Shown here piece after piece: positions 32,478-42,958 of a DNA stretch of 64,000 nucleotides (its first letter is position 1; each line of letters opens with the position of its first letter). The stretch lies in IMG/VR virus record IMGVR_UViG_3300025889_000070. The stretch is one strand, 5' to 3'. The DNA is from a virus. Its lineage: Duplodnaviria; Caudoviricetes. Position numbers and translations under genes: made by a program. Under the pieces are notes generated by a model. The model saw nothing but the letters and a program-made list of their open reading frames with translations. It was not told the origin of the DNA and made no database searches.

Positions 32478-34976
32478 ATGGTAGCACCAGTTTGGGTCAC
32501 TCCCCCAGGAACACTAGGCACTATAGTTGAAGAAGAATTTTATCAGATTCAACTGAATGCCAGTAACGCAGACACTTACGAACATCTAAGTGGCGAGCTA
32601 CCTGCTGGCATACGCATCACTATCAACGGTAAGTGCGAAGGCTTCCCTAAAAATATTGATTATATCCAGGGTGTTCCCAAAGCAGTTAATCAAGATAAAA
32701 CAAGTCAGTTTACTGTTAGAGCAACCAGTGATGATGGTTTTGTGGCGGACAGAGTTTTCAAACTTACTGTTACAGGTCCGGATGCTCCAGTAATAAACAA
32801 ATTGCCAGCAAGCAATCTTGGTAGTTATTTTGATGGCGATCAAGTAAGTGTACAATTAACAGCCACGGATGCTGATACTGCTGATACACAAACCTGGAGA
32901 GTTCTAGCAGGAGAATTTCCAGCAGGATTAACACTGAGCACCAATGGCTTAATAAGTGGATGGATAACACCACTGCCAACAGAAACTGGAGACAGTGGCT
33001 GGGATGTTAATAACTTTGATATAGGTAGTTTTGATTTTACTACAATAAGTAGGAGTGTTACTTACAAGTTTACTGTAGAAGTCAAAGACAACGGCGGGTT
33101 AACGCATACCAAAGAATACACCATGTTTGTTGCTAGCAGAAATACTCTAACAGCAGACACTAATTTGTATACAGCAGATTCTTATGCGTCAACTGTTAAT
33201 TCAACTTCAATTGAAAGTAAAATAACTGCTGATGCTGAAAATAAAAGGGTACCCTATTTGATTACCAAACCCACAGACTTTGGTGAAATTTTACATGATA
33301 ACTATTATAGTTTCCAGTTTGTAGGCAAAGATTTTGACGAAGATATAATTGAGTATACTATTACTACAGGCGCTGGACTTGGATTTGATGCACCTGGAGT
33401 TGGCTTTGACAGTGCAGGATTAGACAGAGGCGACTTAGAATTACCCCCTGGCATGGTGTTAAATACACAGTCAGGTTGGCTAAGTGGTTATGTTCCAGCA
33501 CAAGCAGCAACTAAAAAAGATTATAAGTTTGCCATTGCTGTAAGAAAGAAAAACTACCCTGAATATATAAGTGAATTAACCTTCTTTACGCTTACAATCA
33601 TAGGCAATGTAGCTGGTGTAGTTACTTGGCCCAGCGCCAATTTGGGAACAATAGATACAGGCGCTTTAAGTGAATTGGATGTTATTGCTAAAATCAACAA
33701 CAACAAAACAGTTAAGTATGAACTTAAAACTGGTTATGCTAACAGACTGCCACAGGGTTTACGCCTAGAACAAAATGGGTTAATTACAGGCAGAGTTAGT
33801 TTTGAACATTTTATGGTTGATACTGGAACAACTAGTTTTGATAAAAATAATACTCAGGTGAGTGAAACAACCTTTGAACGAAAGTACTCATTTACTGTCA
33901 GGGCCTACAGCGACGATCTTACCATAGATACCTTTACAACATTTAACATTACACTAAAACCCAGTAGCTTTAAGCCTTATGAAGCACTTTATGCAAAAGC
34001 TCTGGTTAACAGTGCACAAACAGACATCTTCAATACATTAATTAATAACACAGATGATATTGATCCAGATAATGTTTACAGACTTGGTGACTTAAATTTT
34101 GGCATCCAAAAAAATATTAGAGCCCTAGTAGCCAGTGGTTTAAAACCAGCCAAGTTAACAGATTATGTAGAAGCCATGGCTTATAATCATCATAATAATA
34201 CACTACGGTTTGGTGGTTTACGGGTAGCTACAGCTTACAAATCTGATGCGAAAACTAAACGATATGAAGTAGTTTATGTTACTCTAGTAGATAAGAGCAT
34301 GGGTACTGATCCTACAACTAAATTACCAAAAGCAGCTAAACAGCGAATTGACCTACAAAAACAGCAAAGCATTACTGCAATGACAGGTTTTAATAAACCA
34401 ATAACTGTAGATAGCTGGCAAATGAGTGTGGACAGCGGCGCATTTACTGCTGAAGAACACAATTATAGATATGCTTATCCTAATGCTATAGAAAATATGC
34501 GTGAACGTATTAAGACTGGTGTTGGGTATGCTGTGCTTGAAAGACTAACACTACCACAGTGGATGCAGGACAAACAACTAGATAATGCAGGAGAGATACT
34601 AGGTTATACACTTGCTGTTCCGCTTGTATACTGCAAACCCGGCACAGGTAAAAAAGTTGCTTTCCTAATAAATCAACGCATAACAAATAGTAGTATAGAT
34701 TTAAAGAAAATTAGTTTTGAAGTAGATAGATTTATACTTGATAATAATTTAAGTCAGCATTATAATAAAACAACAAATGCTTGGGCAGTATCAAATCAAA
34801 CTACATTTGATTTAGCAAAAATTGAAACTACACTGGATGGAGACGGCACAAGGTTCTTTGCCAGTGTAGACGTTTATGCTGATCCAGATCAAAATGATCA
34901 ATATTTAAAGTTCCCAAAACGAGATATCTTCCACTATGAACGTGCAAGTTCAGGATTTGAATATAATATTAGTTGA
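32478..34976 (+). CDS. Virion structural protein with Ig-like (He_PIG) repeats, baseplate wedge-like
   Basis: Repeated G.LP.GL.L...G.I.G; late motif ATAAATA at 32452. Confidence 0.7.
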   Translation: MVAPVWVTPPGTLGTIVEEEFYQIQLNASNADTYEHLSGELPAGIRITINGKCEGFPKNIDYIQGVPKAVNQDKTSQFTVRATSDDGFVADRVFKLTVTGPDAPVINKLPASNLGSYFDGDQVSVQLTATDADTADTQTWRVLAGEFPAGLTLSTNGLISGWITPLPTETGDSGWDVNNFDIGSFDFTTISRSVTYKFTVEVKDNGGLTHTKEYTMFVASRNTLTADTNLYTADSYASTVNSTSIESKITADAENKRVPYLITKPTDFGEILHDNYYSFQFVGKDFDEDIIEYTITTGAGLGFDAPGVGFDSAGLDRGDLELPPGMVLNTQSGWLSGYVPAQAATKKDYKFAIAVRKKNYPEYISELTFFTLTIIGNVAGVVTWPSANLGTIDTGALSELDVIAKINNNKTVKYELKTGYANRLPQGLRLEQNGLITGRVSFEHFMVDTGTTSFDKNNTQVSETTFERKYSFTVRAYSDDLTIDTFTTFNITLKPSSFKPYEALYAKALVNSAQTDIFNTLINNTDDIDPDNVYRLGDLNFGIQKNIRALVASGLKPAKLTDYVEAMAYNHHNNTLRFGGLRVATAYKSDAKTKRYEVVYVTLVDKSMGTDPTTKLPKAAKQRIDLQKQQSITAMTGFNKPITVDSWQMSVDSGAFTAEEHNYRYAYPNAIENMRERIKTGVGYAVLERLTLPQWMQDKQLDNAGEILGYTLAVPLVYCKPGTGKKVAFLINQRITNSSIDLKKISFEVDRFILDNNLSQHYNKTTNAWAVSNQTTFDLAKIETTLDGDGTRFFASVDVYADPDQNDQYLKFPKRDIFHYERASSGFEYNIS

Positions 34977-35009
34977 TAAATAATAATGTTCCCATGGAGT
35001 TAACAAAGT

Positions 35010-35741
35010 ATGGCTAGTAATATCAATGCAAATAACATAGACGGTACTTATCCTATCGCAGGCCAGGACAATGATAGTCAGGGTTTCCGGGATAACTTTA
35101 CTAATATCAAAACAAACTTTACAAATGCTAAGTCAGAGATTGAAGATCTCCAGAGCAAGGTAGTTCTAAAGAGCGCTTTGACAGGCACTAGTTTAAGCAA
35201 TGCTGGCGGCGGCTCTATTATGAGCGATTTCCGTTTCCAGGACATGAGCGAAACTAGAGTAGCAAAAGGAACAACGTCTGGTACAGTAACATTTGATTAC
35301 ACTGGCGGTGGTTATCAAACAGTAACAACCAGTGGCAGCATCAGTCTATCATTTAGTAATTTTAGTGCAAGTGGCACACTTAGCAGACTAAGAGTAGAAA
35401 TTACAGTAGCAAACGTTGCTCACACTGTTACACTACCTAGTAGTGTTACTATTGGTGCCAACACACTACAAGGCATCGTTCCAGCAACAAAAGTTATTAC
35501 ATTTGACGCTATCGGAACATATATTTTTGAATTTACAACAGATGATGCTGGTACAACAGTAGCAGTAAATGATCTTACTCGCAGTCGCGTAAAAGCAGAC
35601 GTTCGCACCCCAGCTAATATTGGACAGAGTGGCGACGTAGCAGGGCATGTAACAGTGGATAGCAGTTACATTTATGTTTGCACAGGCACATATGACGGTT
35701 CAACCGTTATTTGGAAACGTGTGGCAGTAAGTGCATATTAA
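35010..35741 (+). CDS. Virion structural protein (baseplate/fibre-associated)
   Basis: YPIAGQDNDSQGFRDNF..IK.NF..AK.EI; C-terminal SYIYVCT...WKRV; ATAAATA at 34976. Confidence 0.65.
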   Translation: MASNINANNIDGTYPIAGQDNDSQGFRDNFTNIKTNFTNAKSEIEDLQSKVVLKSALTGTSLSNAGGGSIMSDFRFQDMSETRVAKGTTSGTVTFDYTGGGYQTVTTSGSISLSFSNFSASGTLSRLRVEITVANVAHTVTLPSSVTIGANTLQGIVPATKVITFDAIGTYIFEFTTDDAGTTVAVNDLTRSRVKADVRTPANIGQSGDVAGHVTVDSSYIYVCTGTYDGSTVIWKRVAVSAY

Positions 35742-35756
35742 ATTAAGGGTTAAACA

Positions 35757-36269
35757 ATGACTGAATATGGACCAAACTTTTTTAGAAAATACCTAGACAT
35801 TTTAGAAGCAACAACTGGTGCACAGGATGCAGAGGCAGCAGAAATACTCGCTCAGAAAATAGCAAAAGCTGGCAATACGGCTGCAGGTAAAAACATGCAA
35901 GATACTGCAATGGCAGATGTGATGCAGGGTGGACAGACCCTTAACCAAACACTAGGAAGCAAAGGTGCAGCTAATTTACCCGGAGTTACTCCTCAGGTTC
36001 AAGCAGATGCTCGAGCTGCTGCTGCCCAACTACAACAACAGCAACAAGCAGCCATGGCTACTCCAGGCGCAGGCGTTGGCGCCGTACTTCGTGGACGAAA
36101 AACTAGTGCAACAATGGGTAGTCAGCCTTACGGGTCTAAGGGCGAAATTGATATTGGCGCACAAACCGAATTAGATAAAGCTCAAGCACAAGCTAAGGCA
36201 AATCAACAGCGCAGAGCTGCCGCCGCATCCCAAAACCAACTTAATAATCAAGGCGGCGATTATAATTGA
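35757..36269 (+). CDS. Gln/Ala-rich low-complexity protein
   Basis: Follows the structural genes. Confidence 0.6.
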   Translation: MTEYGPNFFRKYLDILEATTGAQDAEAAEILAQKIAKAGNTAAGKNMQDTAMADVMQGGQTLNQTLGSKGAANLPGVTPQVQADARAAAAQLQQQQQAAMATPGAGVGAVLRGRKTSATMGSQPYGSKGEIDIGAQTELDKAQAQAKANQQRRAAAASQNQLNNQGGDYN

Positions 36270-36313
36270 CTTTAAAGACTCCTGTAGTATAATAAGTGCT
36301 ACAGGAGTTTTTT
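36266..36313 (+). promoter_or_regulatory. Promoter embedded in a 14-bp inverted repeat (terminator/promoter overlap)
   Basis: TTGACT-N16-TATAAT; AAAGACTCCTGTAG/CTACAGGAGTTTTT flank the -10 box. Confidence 0.7.
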
Positions 36314-36314
36314 T

Positions 36315-36650
36315 ATGACAGATTTAAAAGAAATTAGACTATTCTTTGAACCAAAATTAGGCACTATCGTAAATCATAGCCAGATGTTCAACCACTACGC
36401 TAGCCATTGGTTAGATGGGTTTGACGCAGAGTGGGGTGGTAGTATCAGTATGGATGCTGGGCAAAAAGTACTAAAAATCTTTGAACCAGTGTACCAGTTT
36501 ATACTTCGCAATCCATCAGTGGCCTGTAAACTCTATTTAGAAGAGTACATCAGTAGAAATACTTTAATTGGATATTACGTTCACATGTACACAAGAGAAC
36601 TCAACAAAAACTTTCAACACTATAAGGTATTTGGAAATGAAGCAGATTGA
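36315..36650 (+). CDS. hypothetical protein
   Basis: AGGAG SD. Confidence 0.65.
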   Translation: MTDLKEIRLFFEPKLGTIVNHSQMFNHYASHWLDGFDAEWGGSISMDAGQKVLKIFEPVYQFILRNPSVACKLYLEEYISRNTLIGYYVHMYTRELNKNFQHYKVFGNEAD

Positions 36651-37047
36651 TCTAAACAAATATTCAGAATTTGTAGATGCTGTTACCAGCAAAGAAAGCA
36701 AAGACAACAATAACTTTTCTTATCGTTGGACTACACTGGTTAATCAACGTGATGCCAACTTGCCACGATTGGTTACAGCCGCCCTAGGGCTCACAGCAGA
36801 AGGCGGAGAGTTTACAGAAATTGTTAAAAAGATTGTATTCCAGGGCAAGCCATTGGATGATGACAATATTTTTCACATGAAGCGTGAACTAGGAGACATC
36901 ATGTGGTATTGGGCAAATGCTTGTATGGCACTGGATTTAGATCCAAATGAAGTGATTGCTGAAAATATAAATAAATTAAAAGCACGTTATCCAGGTGGTG
37001 AGTTTGATGCTTACTACAGCGAAAACAGAAAAGATGGAGATCTATGA
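36637..37047 (+). CDS. MazG-like NTP pyrophosphohydrolase
   Basis: GLTAEGGEFTEIVKK, ELGDIMWY, N..KL..RYP. Confidence 0.88.
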   Translation: MKQIDLNKYSEFVDAVTSKESKDNNNFSYRWTTLVNQRDANLPRLVTAALGLTAEGGEFTEIVKKIVFQGKPLDDDNIFHMKRELGDIMWYWANACMALDLDPNEVIAENINKLKARYPGGEFDAYYSENRKDGDL

Positions 37048-37502
37048 AAGTATTAATATTTGGCTTACCAGGGAGCGGAAAAACTACCCTGGCACGGCCT
37101 TTTGCTGAACTAATTGGCGGCGTTCATATAAACGCAGATCAAACAAGAAAAAAATACAATGACTGGGATTTTACGCCAGAAGGACGTATTAGACAAGCAC
37201 AGAGAATGAGACATCTAGCAGACGGTGTTGTACTGGCTGGTAAGGTAGCAGTAGCAGACTTTGTTTGTCCTACTGAACACGCAAGACAGGAATTCGATCC
37301 AGATTTTACTGTATGGATGGATACTATTAAAAAATCTCAGAGTGTAAATGGACCAGCAGCGTCTGGAAGTACATTTGAGCAAACTGATAAGATGTTTGAA
37401 TCACCACCTAAATGTGATTACCATGTCAGCGAATGGTTTTTAGATACAAATGAACAACTATTACGAGTAGTAAAAACCTGGATGGAGCGAAACAATGTTT
37501 GA
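37044..37502 (+). CDS. APS-kinase-like P-loop kinase
   Basis: GLPGSGKTT, NAD..R, DFVCPT. Confidence 0.75.
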   Translation: MKVLIFGLPGSGKTTLARPFAELIGGVHINADQTRKKYNDWDFTPEGRIRQAQRMRHLADGVVLAGKVAVADFVCPTEHARQEFDPDFTVWMDTIKKSQSVNGPAASGSTFEQTDKMFESPPKCDYHVSEWFLDTNEQLLRVVKTWMERNNV

Positions 37503-37905
37503 TTGGAAGAAGCCAACTACACAAATGCTGGGTCGCTGGCAACCCTGGCATGATGGACATACAGAACTGTTTAAAAGAGCCCTTGCTGAAACAGGACAAG
37601 TATGTATTATGGTACGCGATGTAGGTGGCATTATTGGAACCGACGCTGGAGATAATCGTACAACAGACCAAACAGACAATCCCTTTGACATGGTTACTGT
37701 AATACAGAATATCGAAGCTGGATTAAAAACTTCAGGCTTTACAAGAGGTGTAGAATATACTATAATACAAGTACCAAACATTGTAGATATTAGTTATGGC
37801 AGAGGTGTTGGTTATACATTCACTGAGCATGATCTAGGTAAAGAAATACATGATATTAGCGCAACCAAAATTCGTGCAAAGATGAGAAAACAAGGCAATC
37901 TTTGA
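37495..37905 (+). CDS. Cytidylyltransferase-like (HIGH) nucleotidyltransferase
   Basis: GRWQPWHDGH, ISATKIR. Confidence 0.8.
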   Translation: MFDWKKPTTQMLGRWQPWHDGHTELFKRALAETGQVCIMVRDVGGIIGTDAGDNRTTDQTDNPFDMVTVIQNIEAGLKTSGFTRGVEYTIIQVPNIVDISYGRGVGYTFTEHDLGKEIHDISATKIRAKMRKQGNL

Positions 37906-38150
37906 TGCATCCCCTGGCACCAGATTTTTCAGACATGTCAGATGATGTCTTAAATGAAAATTTAAAAAAACTTCATACAAGATTAACTCAAGCATATAGA
38001 TCAGGCTCTCCTGTGGTTCCACAAATACAAATGCTTTTAGATGATTATACTGAGGAGCGGCGCCGCAGGGATAAAGAGTCCTTGGATAAAATCATGGAAA
38101 AAAGTAAAGAAAGTGGTAACGACTGGGACGACATTATTGATATTGGATAA
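37905..38150 (+). CDS. hypothetical protein
   Basis: coupled ORF. Confidence 0.7.
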   Translation: MHPLAPDFSDMSDDVLNENLKKLHTRLTQAYRSGSPVVPQIQMLLDDYTEERRRRDKESLDKIMEKSKESGNDWDDIIDIG

Positions 38151-38153
38151 ACG

Positions 38154-38783
38154 ATGATTACACTTAAACATAGATTTTTAGCAACTGTTATCATAGATGG
38201 ACAAATTTTACCTAATAGCTGGGAAATGTGCTTGAACATGATACCCAATCACAATGATCGAGCACAGGACATAAGCATTGTTACTGACAGGGTAAATGTT
38301 TGGATTGAAAGCATGCTGGATAATAGCATGTTAGTAGGTCCCAAGGATATGATTACACTCAGAGAAATGACCAGTCCATTCACTATAGGAGTTCATCCAC
38401 TACCGGATGAACCCTATGATAGAATACTTGCTATTTGCTTGTATACCAAGATTAGTAGTATAATGGAAAAGAAAATGTTTATTGACAGTATCTGGTTAGA
38501 AAGTTATCAGAGCGAAGGCATTAGTCACACATACACCAGTGAAGATGGTGATGTTGAACTATTGAGGCAACTAGTTGAACCTGGTGATGAAGAGTTTGCT
38601 GAATATTGGTATAGAAAAGACCCAGTGTTTTTTAGAGTGGATATTGAAGGTATACAACTCAAAGAACAAACCTGGCACGATCTAGGATTTGGGCTAGGTG
38701 AAAAATCAGATAGTAAGGTTGTTCCCTTTAACAAGTTCAAACCAAGAATTATTCCAGGTGACAAGGGAGATGATATTGGGTAG
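38154..38783 (+). CDS. hypothetical protein
   Basis: 209-aa ORF. Confidence 0.7.
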   Translation: MITLKHRFLATVIIDGQILPNSWEMCLNMIPNHNDRAQDISIVTDRVNVWIESMLDNSMLVGPKDMITLREMTSPFTIGVHPLPDEPYDRILAICLYTKISSIMEKKMFIDSIWLESYQSEGISHTYTSEDGDVELLRQLVEPGDEEFAEYWYRKDPVFFRVDIEGIQLKEQTWHDLGFGLGEKSDSKVVPFNKFKPRIIPGDKGDDIG

Positions 38784-39288
38784 TTTAGACAGCTATGGCA
38801 GGCAGGTATATACTGAGAAAGATATTATAAACTTGTTATATACTAATCCTGGTGTTAATTTACGCAGTTTAAACATACAAGATGTAGATCAATTTAATCG
38901 TGCCAGTGAAATACTTTATACTGGCTATAAACTTGAAAAGACAAAGGATTTAGAGTGTACGCCCACAGAGTATCATAAACTTAATCAACAAAACTGGCAT
39001 ATGCCAGCAGAATACAAGGAACTAGATATAGCAAAATGGTGTTTAGACCGTTGCACACATACAGAACAATTACAGCGAGTTGGTGCAGAACTATTATTAT
39101 ATCAGGAACGTAACCTATTCCCACTGTTACAGTTCCTGCTTTATATGGTTGACATCATGCGTGAAAATAGTATAATATGGGGAGTAGGCCGTGGAAGTAG
39201 TGTAGCAAGCTATGTACTATACCTTATAGGGATACACAAAGTAGACAGTTTATACTATGATTTAGATATAACAGAATTTTTAAGATAA
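38770..39288 (+). CDS. DNA polymerase III alpha (DnaE)-like fragment
   Basis: EL..Y...YL...VD..REN.I.WGVGRGSSVASYVLYLIGI.KVD...Y.L....FL; stops before the PDID motif. Confidence 0.8.
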   Translation: MILGSLDSYGRQVYTEKDIINLLYTNPGVNLRSLNIQDVDQFNRASEILYTGYKLEKTKDLECTPTEYHKLNQQNWHMPAEYKELDIAKWCLDRCTHTEQLQRVGAELLLYQERNLFPLLQFLLYMVDIMRENSIIWGVGRGSSVASYVLYLIGIHKVDSLYYDLDITEFLR

Positions 39289-39321
39289 ATATTATATGCG
39301 TATATTATAGGAGTTTAATCT

Positions 39322-39783
39322 ATGGCAAAAAGAACATATCGATCAGCACAGGGAAAACAGCTTGATTTGGGTGCTATATTAAGTCAAAACGAAAATGTGC
39401 CGGCACTGGGAAATATGAATGTAAATGCCCGCGGAGACGAAATTGCTCCTGACGGAACTATTACCAAAACACGTGAGCAGGTTATGCGTGAATATCATGA
39501 CATGAGTAATACTCAAATTCCCCAGGATGATCGTATTCCTGAAAGTGCTGAAGACACATGGCAGGACTGGGAACCAAGAATAGAACAAGAGCTTGTAAAA
39601 ACTAGCGAGCTAGCTACTGAAGATGTTGAAGAAGCGGCACCAATTGAAGATGTAGTAGAAAAACCAGTTGAGACTAAACCAAGTGCAGGACTAGCAAGTG
39701 CAGTTGCCGCAGCAAGAACAGTTAAATCAACTGTGATAAACAGGGAAGAGCCCAAAGAAGTATCAGGAGTAACCAGACTGTAA
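39322..39783 (+). CDS. conserved late protein
   Basis: YRSAQGK..D...GNM.VNARGD; ATAAATA at 39285. Confidence 0.7.
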   Translation: MAKRTYRSAQGKQLDLGAILSQNENVPALGNMNVNARGDEIAPDGTITKTREQVMREYHDMSNTQIPQDDRIPESAEDTWQDWEPRIEQELVKTSELATEDVEEAAPIEDVVEKPVETKPSAGLASAVAAARTVKSTVINREEPKEVSGVTRL

Positions 39784-39784
39784 A

Positions 39785-40147
39785 ATGCCAGTATCTATTA
39801 CAAACGTAACAGGAACTTTTAAGCCACTACATGCTGGCGTTCTTGTTAGACAGATGAAGTTCGATCAAATTACTACCAAGGGTGGTATTATTATTCCCGG
39901 AGACGACGGAGAACTACGAGGTATCCATCCGCGCTGGGCAGAGGTTATTGCTATTGGACCTGAGCAGGAAGACGTTACGGTTGGGCAGTGGGTTCTAGTA
40001 GCACATGGTCGCTGGAGTAGGGGATTCAATCTCAACGGAGAAACTTGTAGAACTGTGGATCCCAAAGACATCCTTATGGTCAGTGATGATCAACCTCAAG
40101 AAGATTTTACACCTCCAACAATGGGACACACTAACAATGCTAGTTGA
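39785..40147 (+). CDS. groES: Co-chaperonin GroES-like
   Basis: FKPLH..VLV, TKGGIIIP, AEVIAIGP, VGQWVL. Confidence 0.85.
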   Translation: MPVSITNVTGTFKPLHAGVLVRQMKFDQITTKGGIIIPGDDGELRGIHPRWAEVIAIGPEQEDVTVGQWVLVAHGRWSRGFNLNGETCRTVDPKDILMVSDDQPQEDFTPPTMGHTNNAS

Positions 40148-40322
40148 TATGCCACCTACTGCTGACGCAGGACTGCAAAATGAAATTCTAAAACGCAATG
40201 TTTATGAATTACAAAAGCAACTCACAGAGGCAAACAAGCGTATTAAAGAGTTACGAGAAGAACTTTATATTACAAGTCAAGAATTGACAGAAGCACAAAA
40301 TCTGTTAAACTATAATAGATAA
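40137..40322 (+). CDS. small coiled-coil protein
   Basis: YELQKQLTEANKRIKEL. Confidence 0.55.
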   Translation: MLVDMPPTADAGLQNEILKRNVYELQKQLTEANKRIKELREELYITSQELTEAQNLLNYNR

Positions 40323-40340
40323 CTTTTCTAAGAGGCAACA

Positions 40341-41258
40341 ATGAAAGAACTCTGGACTGAAAAGTACAGGCCGGACACACTTGATGGTTATGTGTTTCGT
40401 GATGATGCCCAAAAGCATCAGGTCGAAGGATGGATCGCCAGTGGTATGATCCCGCATTTGTTGTTTAGTGGGGCACCTGGTGTAGGCAAGACTACACTTG
40501 CAAAGATCCTTGTCAAGCAACTCGGAATAAACGATTTAGACGTGCTGGAGATCAATGCCAGTCGTGAGAACAGTGTAGACAATGTGCGTGAACGTATCAC
40601 TAACTTTGTAGCAACTATGCCTTTTGGTGAATTTAAAATAGTACTACTTGATGAAGCAGATTACATTTCGCCAAACGGACAGGCAGCATTGCGTGGTGTT
40701 ATGGAAACGTATAGCAGCACCGCACGTTTTATCCTAACTTGTAACTATCCTAATAAGGTTATTCCTGCGCTACACAGTAGATGTCAGGGCTTTCATATCG
40801 AGAAGATTGATACCACAGAGTTTACAGCACGTATTGCTACGGTGTTGGTAACAGAAGGCGTTGAGATTAATCTGGACACGCTGGACAGTTATGTAAAGGC
40901 TACATATCCTGATCTACGCAAGTGCATCAACCTAGTGCAGATGAACAGTGTAGATGGCAAACTAGTACGTCCACAGGAATCAGACAGCGCAATGGCTGAC
41001 TACAGGCTAGCAGTTGTTGACTTGTTTAAGGAAGGCAAACTGTTAGAAGCACGTAAACTACTGTGCAGTCAGGTACGTGCAGATGAAATGGATGAACTGT
41101 TTCGCTGGATGTATGACAATCTAGAACTGTGGAGCGACACACAGGAAGGCCAGGATCAAGCAGTGCTAATCATTGCTAAGGGCCTGCGTAACATTCCAAT
41201 GGTAGCGGATCAAGAGATCAATTTATCGGCTACGCTTATTGAGTTGACTCAGATATAA
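40341..41258 (+). CDS. Clamp loader subunit (T4 gp44/RFC-small type AAA+)
   Basis: WTEKYRP, GAPGVGKTT, INAS, LDEAD, SRC; promoter TTGACA-N16-TAAACT at 40284-40311. Confidence 0.93.
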   Translation: MKELWTEKYRPDTLDGYVFRDDAQKHQVEGWIASGMIPHLLFSGAPGVGKTTLAKILVKQLGINDLDVLEINASRENSVDNVRERITNFVATMPFGEFKIVLLDEADYISPNGQAALRGVMETYSSTARFILTCNYPNKVIPALHSRCQGFHIEKIDTTEFTARIATVLVTEGVEINLDTLDSYVKATYPDLRKCINLVQMNSVDGKLVRPQESDSAMADYRLAVVDLFKEGKLLEARKLLCSQVRADEMDELFRWMYDNLELWSDTQEGQDQAVLIIAKGLRNIPMVADQEINLSATLIELTQI

Positions 41259-41865
41259 ACTTATACATGTAACGTGTCATAATACTCTGACGTAAATTGC
41301 AGGGTATAGGATCACATCTATGCCATGCAAATTCATCCACACGCATTAGCCAACTCAAGTTTGGTGTAAATGGTAACCGTTTTATTTCCTGATCATTTTT
41401 GTCAGTAAGGCTTGTTCCCCAATGTTCTCCTCCATCACAGTACACATAAACTTGCCAAGCCAGATTCATAGTATAACCATCGTAGTGATTATGAACACCA
41501 TAGCCAGCATAGTCTTCCCAGAGGCTACTAGTAGTCCAACGATCACCAGCATACTCTAATCCTTGTAAACCATAAACTGCCTGTTGTATCTCTGTATGCT
41601 CCATAATGTTCAAGTAGTATTCCTGCCAAAAATCTATAGTGCCTTGCTCGGGTATGTAGATAGCACGATTTTGGTTAAATTCAGTGGGATTTTTACGAGT
41701 TTTATGGGTACCCATATCAGGCCAATTCTGCTTACAAAGTTCAAATAGCTCAGGATCTAGCGTATCTTCCAGGACAACATGCCAGTAGGGTTCCCATTCA
41801 ACAGTGGCTTGTTGTATTTTTGCAACAGTATATTTTCTATATTTTTCCCAGAAAATGGTAGACAA
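41236..41865 (-). CDS. 2OG-Fe(II) oxygenase-like protein
   Basis: HYD...WQVY...G.GTS...AWH...R.S. Confidence 0.65.
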   Translation of the reverse strand: MSTIFWEKYRKYTVAKIQQATVEWEPYWHVVLEDTLDPELFELCKQNWPDMGTHKTRKNPTEFNQNRAIYIPEQGTIDFWQEYYLNIMEHTEIQQAVYGLQGLEYAGDRWTTSSLWEDYAGYGVHNHYDGYTMNLAWQVYVYCDGGEHWGTSLTDKNDQEIKRLPFTPNLSWLMRVDEFAWHRCDPIPCNLRQSIMTRYMYKFISESTQ

Positions 41866-41886
41866 AAGTGTATCCTGTGCTATTAT
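41859..41886 (+). promoter_or_regulatory. early promoter
   Basis: TAGACA-N16-TATTAT, preceded by TGC. Confidence 0.7.
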
Positions 41887-41924
41887 ATAAGAGTAAGTTT
41901 AACAAGGACCAAAAGGATCAGTAC

Positions 41925-42662
41925 ATGGCCCGCTTCGATTACAATACTACTTATCCTCTCCGTGATGTAATGGCCGCGAGTGTGATGGCCTATCGCATTA
42001 ACGATGATCAGTATGTTACTCATACTATTCCGGACGATACTTGGAACAGTTCGGAACAATCCGATTTTCGTATCAAGTATCAGGCTAATAAGCACCTGAT
42101 GCTGTACAGCATTACAGACGCTACTCCGCCAGCAACACTGATGCATCCCAAAGTCAACTATTATTTTGACAACGTCGCTGACGACGAAGACTTTGCTGTG
42201 GCTGATGAAATTATCAGTTACTATACTGGGTTGATGTTCAAAGCTATTGGGGGCAAGATTAACGAGTTTGAAGAGCGAGTGCTTGCTCTTGTTAAGGCTG
42301 GCGAAGTTCGCGCCAGTGATTTTGGTATCGTTGCTAGCCTGCCCAAAAGTTACTACCGCAGTCTTGAACGTGACCGTGTTGAAGAGCAACAGCGTGAGCT
42401 CAGCGATTCCAGTGAGTATGTTGGCACTGTTGGACAGACTGTGGATCTAGACATTGAGATCATGCGGTTTAACTACATCCAGAAACTTAACTGCTATGTG
42501 GTCAATGCTCAGGCATCTGGAAATCTTGTTGTGTTCTTTACTAGCAATGAAGATTTTAACGGCCCAGATAAACTCAAGATTCGTGGTCGTGTTAAGCGGC
42601 ACCAAACCAGCAACTACCACGGCGGTAAGGAATCCGTTCTCAACTATGTTAAGAGGATCTAG
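41925..42662 (+). CDS. Early protein with C-terminal OB-fold
   Basis: SEYVGTVGQ...L..RGRVK.H...T.LNYVK. Confidence 0.7.
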   Translation: MARFDYNTTYPLRDVMAASVMAYRINDDQYVTHTIPDDTWNSSEQSDFRIKYQANKHLMLYSITDATPPATLMHPKVNYYFDNVADDEDFAVADEIISYYTGLMFKAIGGKINEFEERVLALVKAGEVRASDFGIVASLPKSYYRSLERDRVEEQQRELSDSSEYVGTVGQTVDLDIEIMRFNYIQKLNCYVVNAQASGNLVVFFTSNEDFNGPDKLKIRGRVKRHQTSNYHGGKESVLNYVKRI

Positions 42663-42664
42663 TT

Positions 42665-42958
42665 ATGGACAAAGTTTTTATGCTGCTATTCAGTTTTGTG
42701 CTCGCCACCCCAGACGGGCCCAGGGACGAAGTACTTCATGTCTACAGTGCTAAACACTTTGTTAGCAAAGAAGCATGTGAAGAAACATTAAGTAACTGGA
42801 GTTACCTGATCAAGAATGGAGCAGTTACCCAGTTAAATAACATGCTCAAAGAAGGATATGAGGTAAATCTTAAGGGTGTGGTTTGTGCTGAACAGCCTCC
42901 TAAAATTGAGGAAAAGTCAGCACCAGCCAAAAATGACGTGTCCGGTAACAGGGACTAG
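42665..42958 (+). CDS. exported hypothetical protein (2 Cys)
   Basis: N-terminal hydrophobic segment. Confidence 0.65.
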   Translation: MDKVFMLLFSFVLATPDGPRDEVLHVYSAKHFVSKEACEETLSNWSYLIKNGAVTQLNNMLKEGYEVNLKGVVCAEQPPKIEEKSAPAKNDVSGNRD

